Shown here piece by piece: positions 1 to 9,028 of a DNA stretch of 31,768 nucleotides; within the stretch, counting starts at the first letter, position 1; every line of letters begins with the position of its first letter. The notes under the pieces are model-generated. The model worked only from the letters and a program-made list of their open reading frames with translations, was not told where the DNA came from and made no database searches. A program made the translations under genes and the position numbers. This DNA is from Tannerellaceae bacterium (lineage in GTDB: Bacteria > Bacteroidota > Bacteroidia > Bacteroidales > Tannerellaceae). The stretch lies in contig JAJBTP010000507.1 of NCBI GenBank assembly GCA_020860805.1, forward strand, positions 1 through 31,768. The letters run 5' to 3'.

Positions 1-6
1 GAAATA

Positions 7-14
7 TATCTTTG
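7..14 (+). promoter_or_regulatory. Bacteroidetes primary-sigma -7 element (TAnnTTTG) upstream of the AraC gene
   Basis: TATCTTTG at 7-14 matches the consensus about 50 nt before the ATG at 65. The -33 box would lie outside the window. Confidence 0.6.
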
Positions 15-64
15 TAAATAAAGATGTTAACCAGGTAGTAATTTTCATAAAAACTCTATGTACT

Positions 65-949
65 ATGAATCCTTTATATCAACGACTTCCGTTCAATCAC
101 AGTAACTATGTGAACTTCTATAAAGAAGACCTTCCGCATTTTATTGTGCCTATGCATTATCATCCTGAGATTGAAATAATGTATATACTGGAGGGTACAG
201 GTACCCGCTTTGTAGGTGATCATATTGATCGGTACGAAGAGGGAGATGTTTGTATGCTGGGACCTAAAATTGTGCATGAGTGGCGTAACGATGAGGTTTA
301 TTTTCAGAAAGATGCAGGATTGCGTTCTTCCTGTTTATGCCTGTTTTTTACGAGTGATATTTTTGATAAGAACTTTATCGGTTTGCCGGAAATGGAGAAT
401 ATTCGTGCACTACTGGAACGCTCCCGCCGGGGAATTAAGTTTGCCGGACATACCCGGAAAGAATTGGGGCGTATGATGGAGGAGACAGTTCCTATGACAG
501 GAATTCCGAAGATTCTGAATTTTATACGGATACTGGATGTGATGGCTACATCCGAGGAGTATGAACTATTAACCAGTGTAGGATATACGGAGTCGGTTAA
601 TTCGGCGGATTTTGAACGTTTTAATAAGGTATACCAATATATCATGAAAAACTTTTCCGAACCTATAAAATTAGAGGAAGTAGCGGATTTGGTTGGACTT
701 ACCCCGAATGCGTTCTGCCGGTATTTTAAAGGGCGTACCAAGAAGACGTTTGTACAGTATCTCAATGATATACGGATTGGGCAGGCGAAGAAACTGTTAA
801 TTAAAGGACGGATGAAAATATCAACGTTAAGCCTGGAATGTGGATTTAATAATCAATCCAATTTTATTGAACAGTTTAAACGTTCGACTAAGATGTCGCC
901 TTCGGAATACCAGAAGAAATACGGAGTAAAAAACCAAAAAGCAATATAG
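65..949 (+). CDS. AraC family transcriptional regulator (N-terminal cupin sensor, C-terminal double HTH)
   Basis: N-terminal HYHPEIEI cupin motif; C-terminal LEEVADLVGLTPNAFCRYFK...GFNNQSNFIEQFKR AraC signature; 294 aa, intact. Confidence 0.95.
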   Translation: MNPLYQRLPFNHSNYVNFYKEDLPHFIVPMHYHPEIEIMYILEGTGTRFVGDHIDRYEEGDVCMLGPKIVHEWRNDEVYFQKDAGLRSSCLCLFFTSDIFDKNFIGLPEMENIRALLERSRRGIKFAGHTRKELGRMMEETVPMTGIPKILNFIRILDVMATSEEYELLTSVGYTESVNSADFERFNKVYQYIMKNFSEPIKLEEVADLVGLTPNAFCRYFKGRTKKTFVQYLNDIRIGQAKKLLIKGRMKISTLSLECGFNNQSNFIEQFKRSTKMSPSEYQKKYGVKNQKAI

Positions 950-1064
950 AGAAACCGGAATGGTAATATTCCAAAACTATCCGGCAAAATTATGATAGTT
1001 TCGCATGGATTCTATGTATAATTTTACAATATCAAAAATACCATCAAACACACAACATACCAAA

Positions 1065-2332
1065 ATGGACAGACGAAATTTTATAAAAAGAGCAACAGCC
1101 ACCGCTATCACAGGGATGGCTTCTATGGAATTAGTCAATTCTGCGGCTTTCCAACATACCTCTCCGGATGTTAGAAAAAAAGGCACTGCGGTTTGTCCAC
1201 GGGCTATTACCATGTGGGATTTCTCCTGGCTGGAACGGCGTTGGCCGGGGGCCGGTTATGAAGATTGGGACCAGGCATTGGATGAATTGGCCGAACGGGG
1301 TTACAATGCTGTGCGTATTGATGCATATCCTCACCTGATAGGGGCAAACCCAACCAAAAAGTGGATGCTCAATGAGGTGTGGAACCAACAGGTATGGGGC
1401 AGCCCTGATTTAAATGAAGTACAGGTGCAACCAAACCTGAATCAATTCCTGGAAAAATGTAAGGCAAGAGATATAAAAGTTGGGTTATCATCCTGGTACA
1501 GGCAGGATACGGATAATGTAGTCATATGACCATTACCACTCCTGAAAAAATGGCCGGATGCTGGATTAAAACGCTTCAGTCAATAGAGGCTGATGGCCTT
1601 CTGGATACCGTTATGTTTGTTGATTTATGCAACGAATGGCCGGGAAACCTCTGGGCACCATATTTCTCTGAACAATATCCACATGTGGTTTGGGGACAAT
1701 GGTATAAGGATGAATCTGTGAAATGGATGAAAACATCCCTGGAAATAATGAAGGCAAATTATCCGGACATGCCTTTCTTATTTTCTTTTGATTATGGTGA
1801 TGTCGAAAAGTATAATGAGGTGGATACGTCTTTCCTTGATTTATACGAACACCATATCTGGATGGTACACCAGAATAACAGTGAGTTTTATAAAGCTGTT
1901 GATTACAAAGACGGGCAGTTTTCGCCTCAATCCTACAAGAATGTAGTAGCGAGGGCCGAGAAATTATACCGGGAAAAACCAGCGTATTGGCAGCAGTTAT
2001 TAACTTCAAAAATTGAGATGATGGCAGAAGTAGCCCGCCGCAATAAACGGTTGGTAGTTACTACCGAATGTTGGGGAATTGTTGACTACAAGGATTGGCC
2101 TCTGCTTAACTGGGACTGGGTAAAAGAACTTTGTGAAATTGGAACAATAACAGCCGCTAATACCGGTGTATGGATAGGCATTGCTACCAGTAACTTCTGC
2201 GGACCGCAGTTTGTAGGTATGTGGCGGGATATCGAGTGGCACAGGAGGCTGACTACTATTATTAAGTCGTCGCCTGTGGATGAAACGATACTGAAAGATA
2301 ATGTAACACAAAAATTATTGAAACGAATCTGA
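1065..2332 (+). CDS. Tat-exported clan GH-A TIM-barrel glycoside hydrolase ('cellulase-like' family); split by one frameshift near 1525
   Basis: Twin-arginine leader MDRRNFIK from ATG 1065. Family motif PRAITMWDFSWLERRWPGAGYEDWD. Putative acid/base DLCNEWP and nucleophile VTTECWG. ORFs 1005-1529 and 1526-2332 join if ATAT at 1524-1527 is read as AT. Confidence 0.85.
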
Positions 2333-2446
2333 TATACTTAGATCTAAAATACTCACTAATTACTATGAAAAGTGAACGGGGTGGAATCCGGATATAAACA
2401 CCTGTTCATCAGTTAGAATTTATTAATCTTATCAAATTAATTTTTT

Positions 2447-5400
2447 ATGGAAAAAAGAAATAGTATTATTTCCTTTAGAGACCTCTTTTTCTCTAAAAAA
2501 AGGCTCCTTCTTCCTGCTTTTCTGCTGTTATTCAGCCAAATACTTCTGGCTCAAAGCGGAACTGCCATTTCAGGAAAGGTTGTTTCGCAGGTCGATAATG
2601 AACCACTGATAGGAGTAAATGTCGTACAGAAAGGAACTACTAACGGCACATTGACCGACCTGGATGGTAACTTCGAACTGACCATTACTTCTGCTTCCGT
2701 ACTGGAAGTTAGTTATGTAGGTTTTATGACCCAACAGGTGAATGTACAACCGGGAGACAGAAATATTCGTATTGCCCTGAAAGAAGATGCGCAACTGCTG
2801 GATGAAGTAGTTGTAGTAGGGTATGGTGTGCAAAAGAAGAAATTAAACACCGGGGCTACCGTACGGGTGAAGGGCGATGATATTCAGAAGATGAATTCCA
2901 TTAACCCGATTGCTGCTTTACAAAGCCAGGCGCCCGGATTGAGTATCACGCAGACTTCCGGTATGCCGGGTGAAGGTTTCAAGGTAAACGTACGTGGTAT
3001 TGGTACCACAGGAGATTCAGCTCCGTTATTTGTGATTGATGGAATTATCGGTGGGGATATTAACTCACTGAACCCGTCGGATATTGAATCAATAGATGTA
3101 TTGAAAGATGCCGCTTCGGCTGCTATTTATGGTTCACGTGCTGCGAATGGGGTTATCCTTGTAACAACCAAACAGGGTAAAACCGGAAAAGCAACTATTA
3201 CCTATGATGGTTATTTTGGTGTGCAGAACGTATATAAAATGCCGTCTTTATTGAATGCACAGGAATATGCTACCATTATGAACGAAGCCCGTTTAATGGA
3301 CGGATTGCCGGGATATGATTTTGCCTCTCTGGTTCCTAACTGGGAAAGCATTGCTAATGGTACAAATAAAGGTACTAACTGGCTGGACGAGATACGGAAT
3401 AAAAATGCACCTATCCAGAACCATGCATTGAATATCAGTGGTGGTACTGAAACAGGTGTTTATTCAATAGGTATGTCGTACACTTCACAGGAAGGTATCC
3501 TGGGTAAACCCGCACAACCTGATTTCAACCGGTATAACTTCCGGGCAAATACTGAATTTACCTTGTATAAAAAAGGCGATTTGGATATTATCAAATTCGG
3601 TGAAAACCTGACTTATTCGTATTCAGAGAAATCGGGTATTGGTATTGGTAACATTTACCAGAATGATATCCGTTATATGATGCGTACCAGTCCGTTTATG
3701 CCGGTATATGATGAAGATGGCGATTATCATCCTGCTATTGCCTGGAATCCGATGGAGCCTAACCCAATAGCGTATATGGATTATGAACGGGGACAGAACC
3801 TGCGTAAAAATCATACGTTGAGAGGGAAAGTATTCCTGACTATCCAGCCTATTAAGAACCTGGTATTCAGAACTAACTTTGGTGTTTCTCTGAATGGTAT
3901 GTCCTACCGGGTATTTAAACCGGATTATAACCTGGCTTCTAATGTTTACAGGACTGAAAATTACGTATCTCAGGAAATGGCTATTGGTCATGGCTGGATA
4001 TGGGAAAATACATTAAGCTATGATTTCAACCTGAAAGATAAACACAACCTGAATGTATTGGTAGGACAATCTATGGAACGCAGCGGCCTGGGTGACCGTA
4101 TGAAAGGGGAGAATGTAAACTCTATTTTCGATGATTTCCAACACGGATATCTGGATAACACCAACGTTATCTATGCAGACCGCACTAAACTCAGTGGCGG
4201 ACCTTATGCGGCTAAACATGGGATTGCTTCTTTCTTCGGACGTTTGAATTATAACTATAATGAAACGTATATGGCAACTGTTATTCTGCGTGCGGATGGT
4301 TCGTCCAATTTTGCCAGAGGTAACAGATGGGGATATTTCCCTTCGGTTTCTGCCGGTTGGGTTCTTTCGAATGAAGCCTTTATGGAATCTACTCAGGGTT
4401 TCCTTGACTTCCTGAAACTGCGTGCCAGCTGGGGACAAAATGGTGACCAACAGATTGACCCATACCAGTATGAAGCGTTGATATCTTTTAATAATTCAAA
4501 CTACTTCTTCGGGAATGATAATAGAACAGTCTATCCTGGTTCCTATCCCTCTTTATTGGCCAATCCGGATATTACATGGGGTAAATCACAACAATTGGAC
4601 TTAGGTTTTGATGCCCGTTTCCTGAATGGCCGTTTAGGTGTTGGTTTTGATTACTATGTAAAAACAACCAAAGACTGGCTGGTTGTGGCTCCTACATTGG
4701 ATATTTATGGTGCGAATCCTCCTTATAAAAACGGTGGTGAAGTGGAGAATAAAGGTGTAGAATTAGCCTTGAGCTGGAATGACCAGGTAGGTGACTTTAC
4801 GTATGGTGCAAATCTGAACCTGACTCATAATAAAAACGAGGTAACTCACATTGCCAATACGGAAGGTATCATACAGGGTAAAGCCAATGTGTTGGGAGAA
4901 GGTATGAGTGAAATTTACCGGGCTCAGGTAGGGTTCCCGTTAGGATACTTCTATGGATATAAAACATTGGGTGTATTCCAGTCGGAAAAAGAGATTGCTG
5001 ACTATAAAGGTGCAAAATTATCCGGTGCTCAACCTGGTGATTTGATTTTTGAAGATTATAATGGTGATGGTGTCATTGATGATTTGGACAGACAAATGAT
5101 TGGTAGTCCGAATCCAAAAGTGCAATTAGGCGTTAATCTGTTTTTCGGTTACAAAGGTTTTGACCTTTCTATCGCTGCTCATGGTGCTTTTGGCCATCAG
5201 ATAGCTAAATCCTACCGTTCGGCTACCGACAATCCGTTGGATAACTATACTACTGAAATCTTCGGACGCTGGCATGGGGAAGGTACTTCTAACTTTTTAC
5301 CCCGGTTGACTTCCGGAACCAGTACGAACTGGTCGTATATGTCGGATATTTATATTGAAAACGCTGATTACCTGAAATTGCAGAACATCACGTTAGGGTA

Positions 5401-5605
5401 TGATTTCAAGAAAGTATTTCGTAAGATTCCGTTGGGACAGGTTCGCTTGTATATCTCAGCACAGAACCTGTACACCTTTACCGGCTATTCAGGAATGGAC
5501 CCTGAAATAGGTTGGGGAGCAGACGAATCATGGGCATCTGGTGTGGATGTAGGTAATTATCCTTCTCCGAGAACCTATATTATTGGTGTTAACCTCAAAT
5601 TTTAA
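2447..5605 (+). CDS. susC: SusC/RagA family TonB-dependent outer membrane transporter
   Basis: Carboxypeptidase-regulatory-like N-domain, LDEVVVVGYG, plug motif DIESIDVLKDAASAAIYGSRAANGVILVTTK, C-terminal YPSPRTYIIGVNLKF; 1052 aa, intact, no STN domain. Confidence 0.97.
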   Translation: MEKRNSIISFRDLFFSKKRLLLPAFLLLFSQILLAQSGTAISGKVVSQVDNEPLIGVNVVQKGTTNGTLTDLDGNFELTITSASVLEVSYVGFMTQQVNVQPGDRNIRIALKEDAQLLDEVVVVGYGVQKKKLNTGATVRVKGDDIQKMNSINPIAALQSQAPGLSITQTSGMPGEGFKVNVRGIGTTGDSAPLFVIDGIIGGDINSLNPSDIESIDVLKDAASAAIYGSRAANGVILVTTKQGKTGKATITYDGYFGVQNVYKMPSLLNAQEYATIMNEARLMDGLPGYDFASLVPNWESIANGTNKGTNWLDEIRNKNAPIQNHALNISGGTETGVYSIGMSYTSQEGILGKPAQPDFNRYNFRANTEFTLYKKGDLDIIKFGENLTYSYSEKSGIGIGNIYQNDIRYMMRTSPFMPVYDEDGDYHPAIAWNPMEPNPIAYMDYERGQNLRKNHTLRGKVFLTIQPIKNLVFRTNFGVSLNGMSYRVFKPDYNLASNVYRTENYVSQEMAIGHGWIWENTLSYDFNLKDKHNLNVLVGQSMERSGLGDRMKGENVNSIFDDFQHGYLDNTNVIYADRTKLSGGPYAAKHGIASFFGRLNYNYNETYMATVILRADGSSNFARGNRWGYFPSVSAGWVLSNEAFMESTQGFLDFLKLRASWGQNGDQQIDPYQYEALISFNNSNYFFGNDNRTVYPGSYPSLLANPDITWGKSQQLDLGFDARFLNGRLGVGFDYYVKTTKDWLVVAPTLDIYGANPPYKNGGEVENKGVELALSWNDQVGDFTYGANLNLTHNKNEVTHIANTEGIIQGKANVLGEGMSEIYRAQVGFPLGYFYGYKTLGVFQSEKEIADYKGAKLSGAQPGDLIFEDYNGDGVIDDLDRQMIGSPNPKVQLGVNLFFGYKGFDLSIAAHGAFGHQIAKSYRSATDNPLDNYTTEIFGRWHGEGTSNFLPRLTSGTSTNWSYMSDIYIENADYLKLQNITLGYDFKKVFRKIPLGQVRLYISAQNLYTFTGYSGMDPEIGWGADESWASGVDVGNYPSPRTYIIGVNLKF

Positions 5606-5620
5606 GTAAAACACATGGAT

Positions 5621-7320
5621 ATGAAAAAATAATATTCCTTTTATTGGTAGTATTTGCATTTACCGGTTGTGAGGATTTTCTGGATTCAGAGAATCTGGTG
5701 CAAAAGAATACGTCTAATTATCCGAAGAATGCAAAAGAAATAGAAGAGTTACTGACAGGTATCTATTCTGTCTTACCTTCTGTACATGCACAACAATCTA
5801 CCTTTTTTGTTTCCGAACTAATGTCTGACGACCGTCTGGGTGGTGGTGCTGCCGTTGACAGAAGCTGGGCGGCTCTGGACAATTTGAAAAAGATTAACGA
5901 CAACATGCTTAATCTATTGTGGCAGAAAATGTATTATGGAATCTATCGTGCTAACCTGTTACTGGAAGTAATCGATGATATTACAGACTTTGGTAGTGAG
6001 AATCAAAAAAATACAATTAAAGCAGAAGCTCATTTCCTGCGTGCTTATTTCTATTTTGAATTAGCCCGCTCATTCGGAGCCGTTCCGTTAAGTATCGATA
6101 CCAAAGATGAAAACCTGCCACGTGCAGCAGTTGAAGAAGTGTACGGACAAATAGCGGCTGATTTTAAGTATGCTATTGAAACTCTACCCAATGAAACATT
6201 CCAGCAAAGTGTAGACCGTTCCGGTCATGCAACCAAATGGGCTGCACAGGGTATGATGGCACGGGTATATCTGTTCTATACCGGTTACTATAAAAAAGAA
6301 TCGTTGCCGCTTACCGGTGGTAGTGAAATCACCAGCCAACAAGTAATAAACTGGTTGGATGATTGTATTAAAAACAGCGGGCATGGTTTGTTACCCTCTT
6401 TTGCAAGTCTTTGGCCTTATGGAAATAAAGCAACTGCTCCGGATTATAAATATGCTGCTGATAATGGTATTGAATGGATTGGAGAAGAAGGTGCGAATTA
6501 CGAAACTGTATTTGCTATCAAATATTCGGCTATGGCTGACTTTGGTACCAGTATCTATTATTCAAACCAACCGGTTCTGTACTTCTCTATTCGGGAACAA
6601 CCGAACGGCTATCTTGATATCTTCCCATTCGGACAGGGATGGGGTGGTGGCCCGGTGGCAACTAATATGATTAACGACTGGAAGACACTGGAACCTAATG
6701 ACCCGAGGCGGGAGGCTTCCGTATTGGATGTAGAGAATCCGGCCGAAGGTCTGACCAATTATGTCTGGGGTGCAAGTATGCAGATTCAGGAAACCGGTTT
6801 GTGGCAGAAAAAGTATACAGCTATCAATGCTTATGATACAGATGCCAACGGCAATACAATGGCTGTTAATTACAGTGTTAAATTGTACGGACGTACTTCA
6901 AGTTACCAGATTGATAATACACAGGACCAATTTGTTATTCGTTTTGCTGATATTCTGTTAATGATGGCTGAATTGAAGAAAGACCATACGTATATTGACC
7001 AGGTAAGGAGCCGTATAGGATTGCCTTCTGTAGGTTCTTATACTGAAGATGCTTTGCGTAATGAGCGCCGTTGGGAACTGGCTTTTGAAGGAGTTCGTTA
7101 CTATGATCTGATGCGTTGGGGAATAGCAGGTGAGGCACTCAATAAACAGAATGGTGTGCAAGTTAAGAACAACGGAGTAGATGCTGTTATGAACTATGGT
7201 GACCTGAATGCACGTTACCAGAGTACAGGTGGCTTCCTTCCGATACCTCAGACACAGATTGACTTATCTGGTGGTGTACTTACACAAACTCCGGGTTGGG
7301 GTAGTGATGCAATTTATTAA
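5621..7320 (+). CDS. susD: SusD/RagB family glycan-binding lipoprotein; true start probably ATG 5621 with an indel in A6
   Basis: Correcting the A-run at 5624-5629 gives lipoprotein signal MKKIIFLLLVVFAFTG-C. Motifs EAHFLRAYFYFEL, RFADILLM, ERRWELAFEGVRYYDLMRWG. Directly follows susC. Confidence 0.93.
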
Positions 7321-7324
7321 CCTC

Positions 7325-7374
7325 CTCCGCCCCCCTAAAGGGGGGATTTAAACCCTCCCTTTAGATGAACGGAG
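7325..7374. repeat. GC-rich palindromic intergenic element after susD (REP-like remnant or stabilising stem-loop)
   Basis: CCCCCC-TAAA-GGGGGG (7330-7345); alternative pairing CTAAAGGG (7335-7342) with CCCTTTAG (7357-7364); outer CTCCG/CGGAG. Confidence 0.5.
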
Positions 7375-7414
7375 TGAATGTATTATCAACTACTAACTAC
7401 TCAAAAAAAGAATT

Positions 7415-8260
7415 ATGAAAAAGATAACTTTATTATATACCCTGTTGGTTGCTATGTTATTCACAACTGCATGTGATCCGGTAGAGAACAGGGAAAGCCT
7501 GGGCGGTATTATACCGGCCAGCGAATTAAAGATTGATGTCTACTCGTTGGAAGACGGTGGCAATGAAATCGTATTGGTAAACAATACGCCGGGTGTGGGT
7601 TCTTTCTGGGATTATGGCTCTGGTTACTCCTCCCGTCAACAGGATACTATTATCGTTCCCTTCCTTGGTGATTTGACTGTTTCTTTCACTGGTATAAGTT
7701 CAGGAGGGACAGTTACAAAAACAGAAACTATAAAAGTGGATAAAATTATATCTCCGGTAGATGAAACATGGAATTTACTGGCAGGAACAGATGAGAATGG
7801 TAAAACATGGGTATGGGATTGTGATGACCCTTCTGATATTGTATGGGGGAATGGTGCATCTATTGTTGATTATAGTCCATCCTGGAATCAGGTTTCTGCT
7901 GCACAGATGGGCGAAGAAGAACCGGAAGTAGGTATTGACGGACGTATGGTGTTTGATTTGAACCAGAAAGCAAACTTTACCAAAATAGGCCAGGATGGCA
8001 CCGTGCTTGAAAGAGGTGCATTCCAGTTTGATATGTCTCAAACCATGCTTTCGGCTGATGGTGAAACTCTCTGGTCAATCGGACAGCTTACTATTATCGA
8101 TGGAACGATATTTAAAGGGATTTCTCCGAATGGTGGTGGAGTGGTAGTCAATACATTTGAAATACTGGAACTTACCGAAGATAAAATGGTGCTTGCGCAT
8201 GTAAGTCCCGGTGGTATGTCATGGGAGGCATGGTACTGGAAGTTCAGAGTCAAAAAATGA
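7415..8260 (+). CDS. PUL surface lipoprotein of unknown function (SusE-position)
   Basis: Lipobox MLFTTA-C-DP; Trp-rich, beta-rich sequence; located directly after susD; 281 aa. Confidence 0.8.
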   Translation: MKKITLLYTLLVAMLFTTACDPVENRESLGGIIPASELKIDVYSLEDGGNEIVLVNNTPGVGSFWDYGSGYSSRQQDTIIVPFLGDLTVSFTGISSGGTVTKTETIKVDKIISPVDETWNLLAGTDENGKTWVWDCDDPSDIVWGNGASIVDYSPSWNQVSAAQMGEEEPEVGIDGRMVFDLNQKANFTKIGQDGTVLERGAFQFDMSQTMLSADGETLWSIGQLTIIDGTIFKGISPNGGGVVVNTFEILELTEDKMVLAHVSPGGMSWEAWYWKFRVKK

Positions 8261-8300
8261 TTTCGCTCTTAATTCTCAAGACTTACTAAATACTTAACTG

Positions 8301-8348
8301 ATCAGGAGCAAATGATGTGGCTCCCACCTTTGCTCCTGATTTATTTTT
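8301..8348 (+). terminator. Intrinsic terminator or attenuator after the lipoprotein gene
   Basis: Perfect 12-bp inverted repeat ATCAGGAGCAAA (8301-8312) / TTTGCTCCTGAT (8329-8340), followed by TTATTTTT. Confidence 0.75.
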
Positions 8349-8354
8349 GAAAAG

Positions 8355-9027
8355 ATGAAAAAGACTATACTTTTTATTTGCCTCCTTTTAAATACACTGC
8401 TTCTTTCTGCCCAGTATCAACGGGCAGAGATGTGGGCAGATAAGATTGCCGAACTGGATGAAAAGAATGAAAGGGAGGGATTTACTCAAAATTGTGTGTT
8501 ATTCATAGGCAGTTCAACTTTTACCCGTTGGGGAAATGTGGCAGATTATTTCCCAAATTCTATTACAGTGAACCGGGCTTTTGGAGGCTCTATGCTGTGC
8601 GACCAGATTTATTTTTTTGATAAAGTAGTTAAACCCTTTAACCCAAAACAAGTGGTGATATACACCGGAGATAATGATTTAAATAATACATCAACTACCC
8701 CGGAGGAATACATGGAAGACGTTATTTGTATGACCCGGCTTATTCATTATCATTTTCCGGAAGCAAAAATACTTTTTACGTCTATTAAACCGTGTCCTGA
8801 CCGTACACATTCATTCAAAAAATACAAAAAAGCGAACCAACTCGTAGCCCGTTTATGCGGCTCAGTATGAGTATGTGGAGTATGTAAATATATGGGATTG
8901 TTTCTTTGATAAAAAGGGAAGGTTAATCAAAGAGTATTTTACAGACGACAATATTCATATAACCAAAGAGGCTTACTCGCTTTTACAGGAAGCGATGAAA
9001 GATAAAATACTTGAAAACAGAAAATAA
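8355..9027 (+). CDS. SGNH/GDSL hydrolase (probable carbohydrate esterase); frameshift near 8853
   Basis: Signal peptide; blocks FIGSST, NRAFGGS, YTGDND. Removing one T at 8852-8854 extends the ORF through YVNIWDCFF...TDDNIH (catalytic DxxH) to TAA at 9025-9027. Confidence 0.85.
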
Positions 9028-9028
9028 T

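Noticed and set aside
985-992. TAATTTTG (-7-like box) on the - strand pointing antisense into the AraC gene
   Set aside because: No TTTG -33 box at the expected spacing, and an 8-mer match in AT-rich DNA is unremarkable.
1005-1064. ORF-track starts at 1005, 5644, 9011, 24105 and 29672
   Set aside because: Starts at 1065, 5621, 9029, 24151 and 29636 give more plausible N-termini, including proper Tat, lipoprotein or Sec signals where expected.
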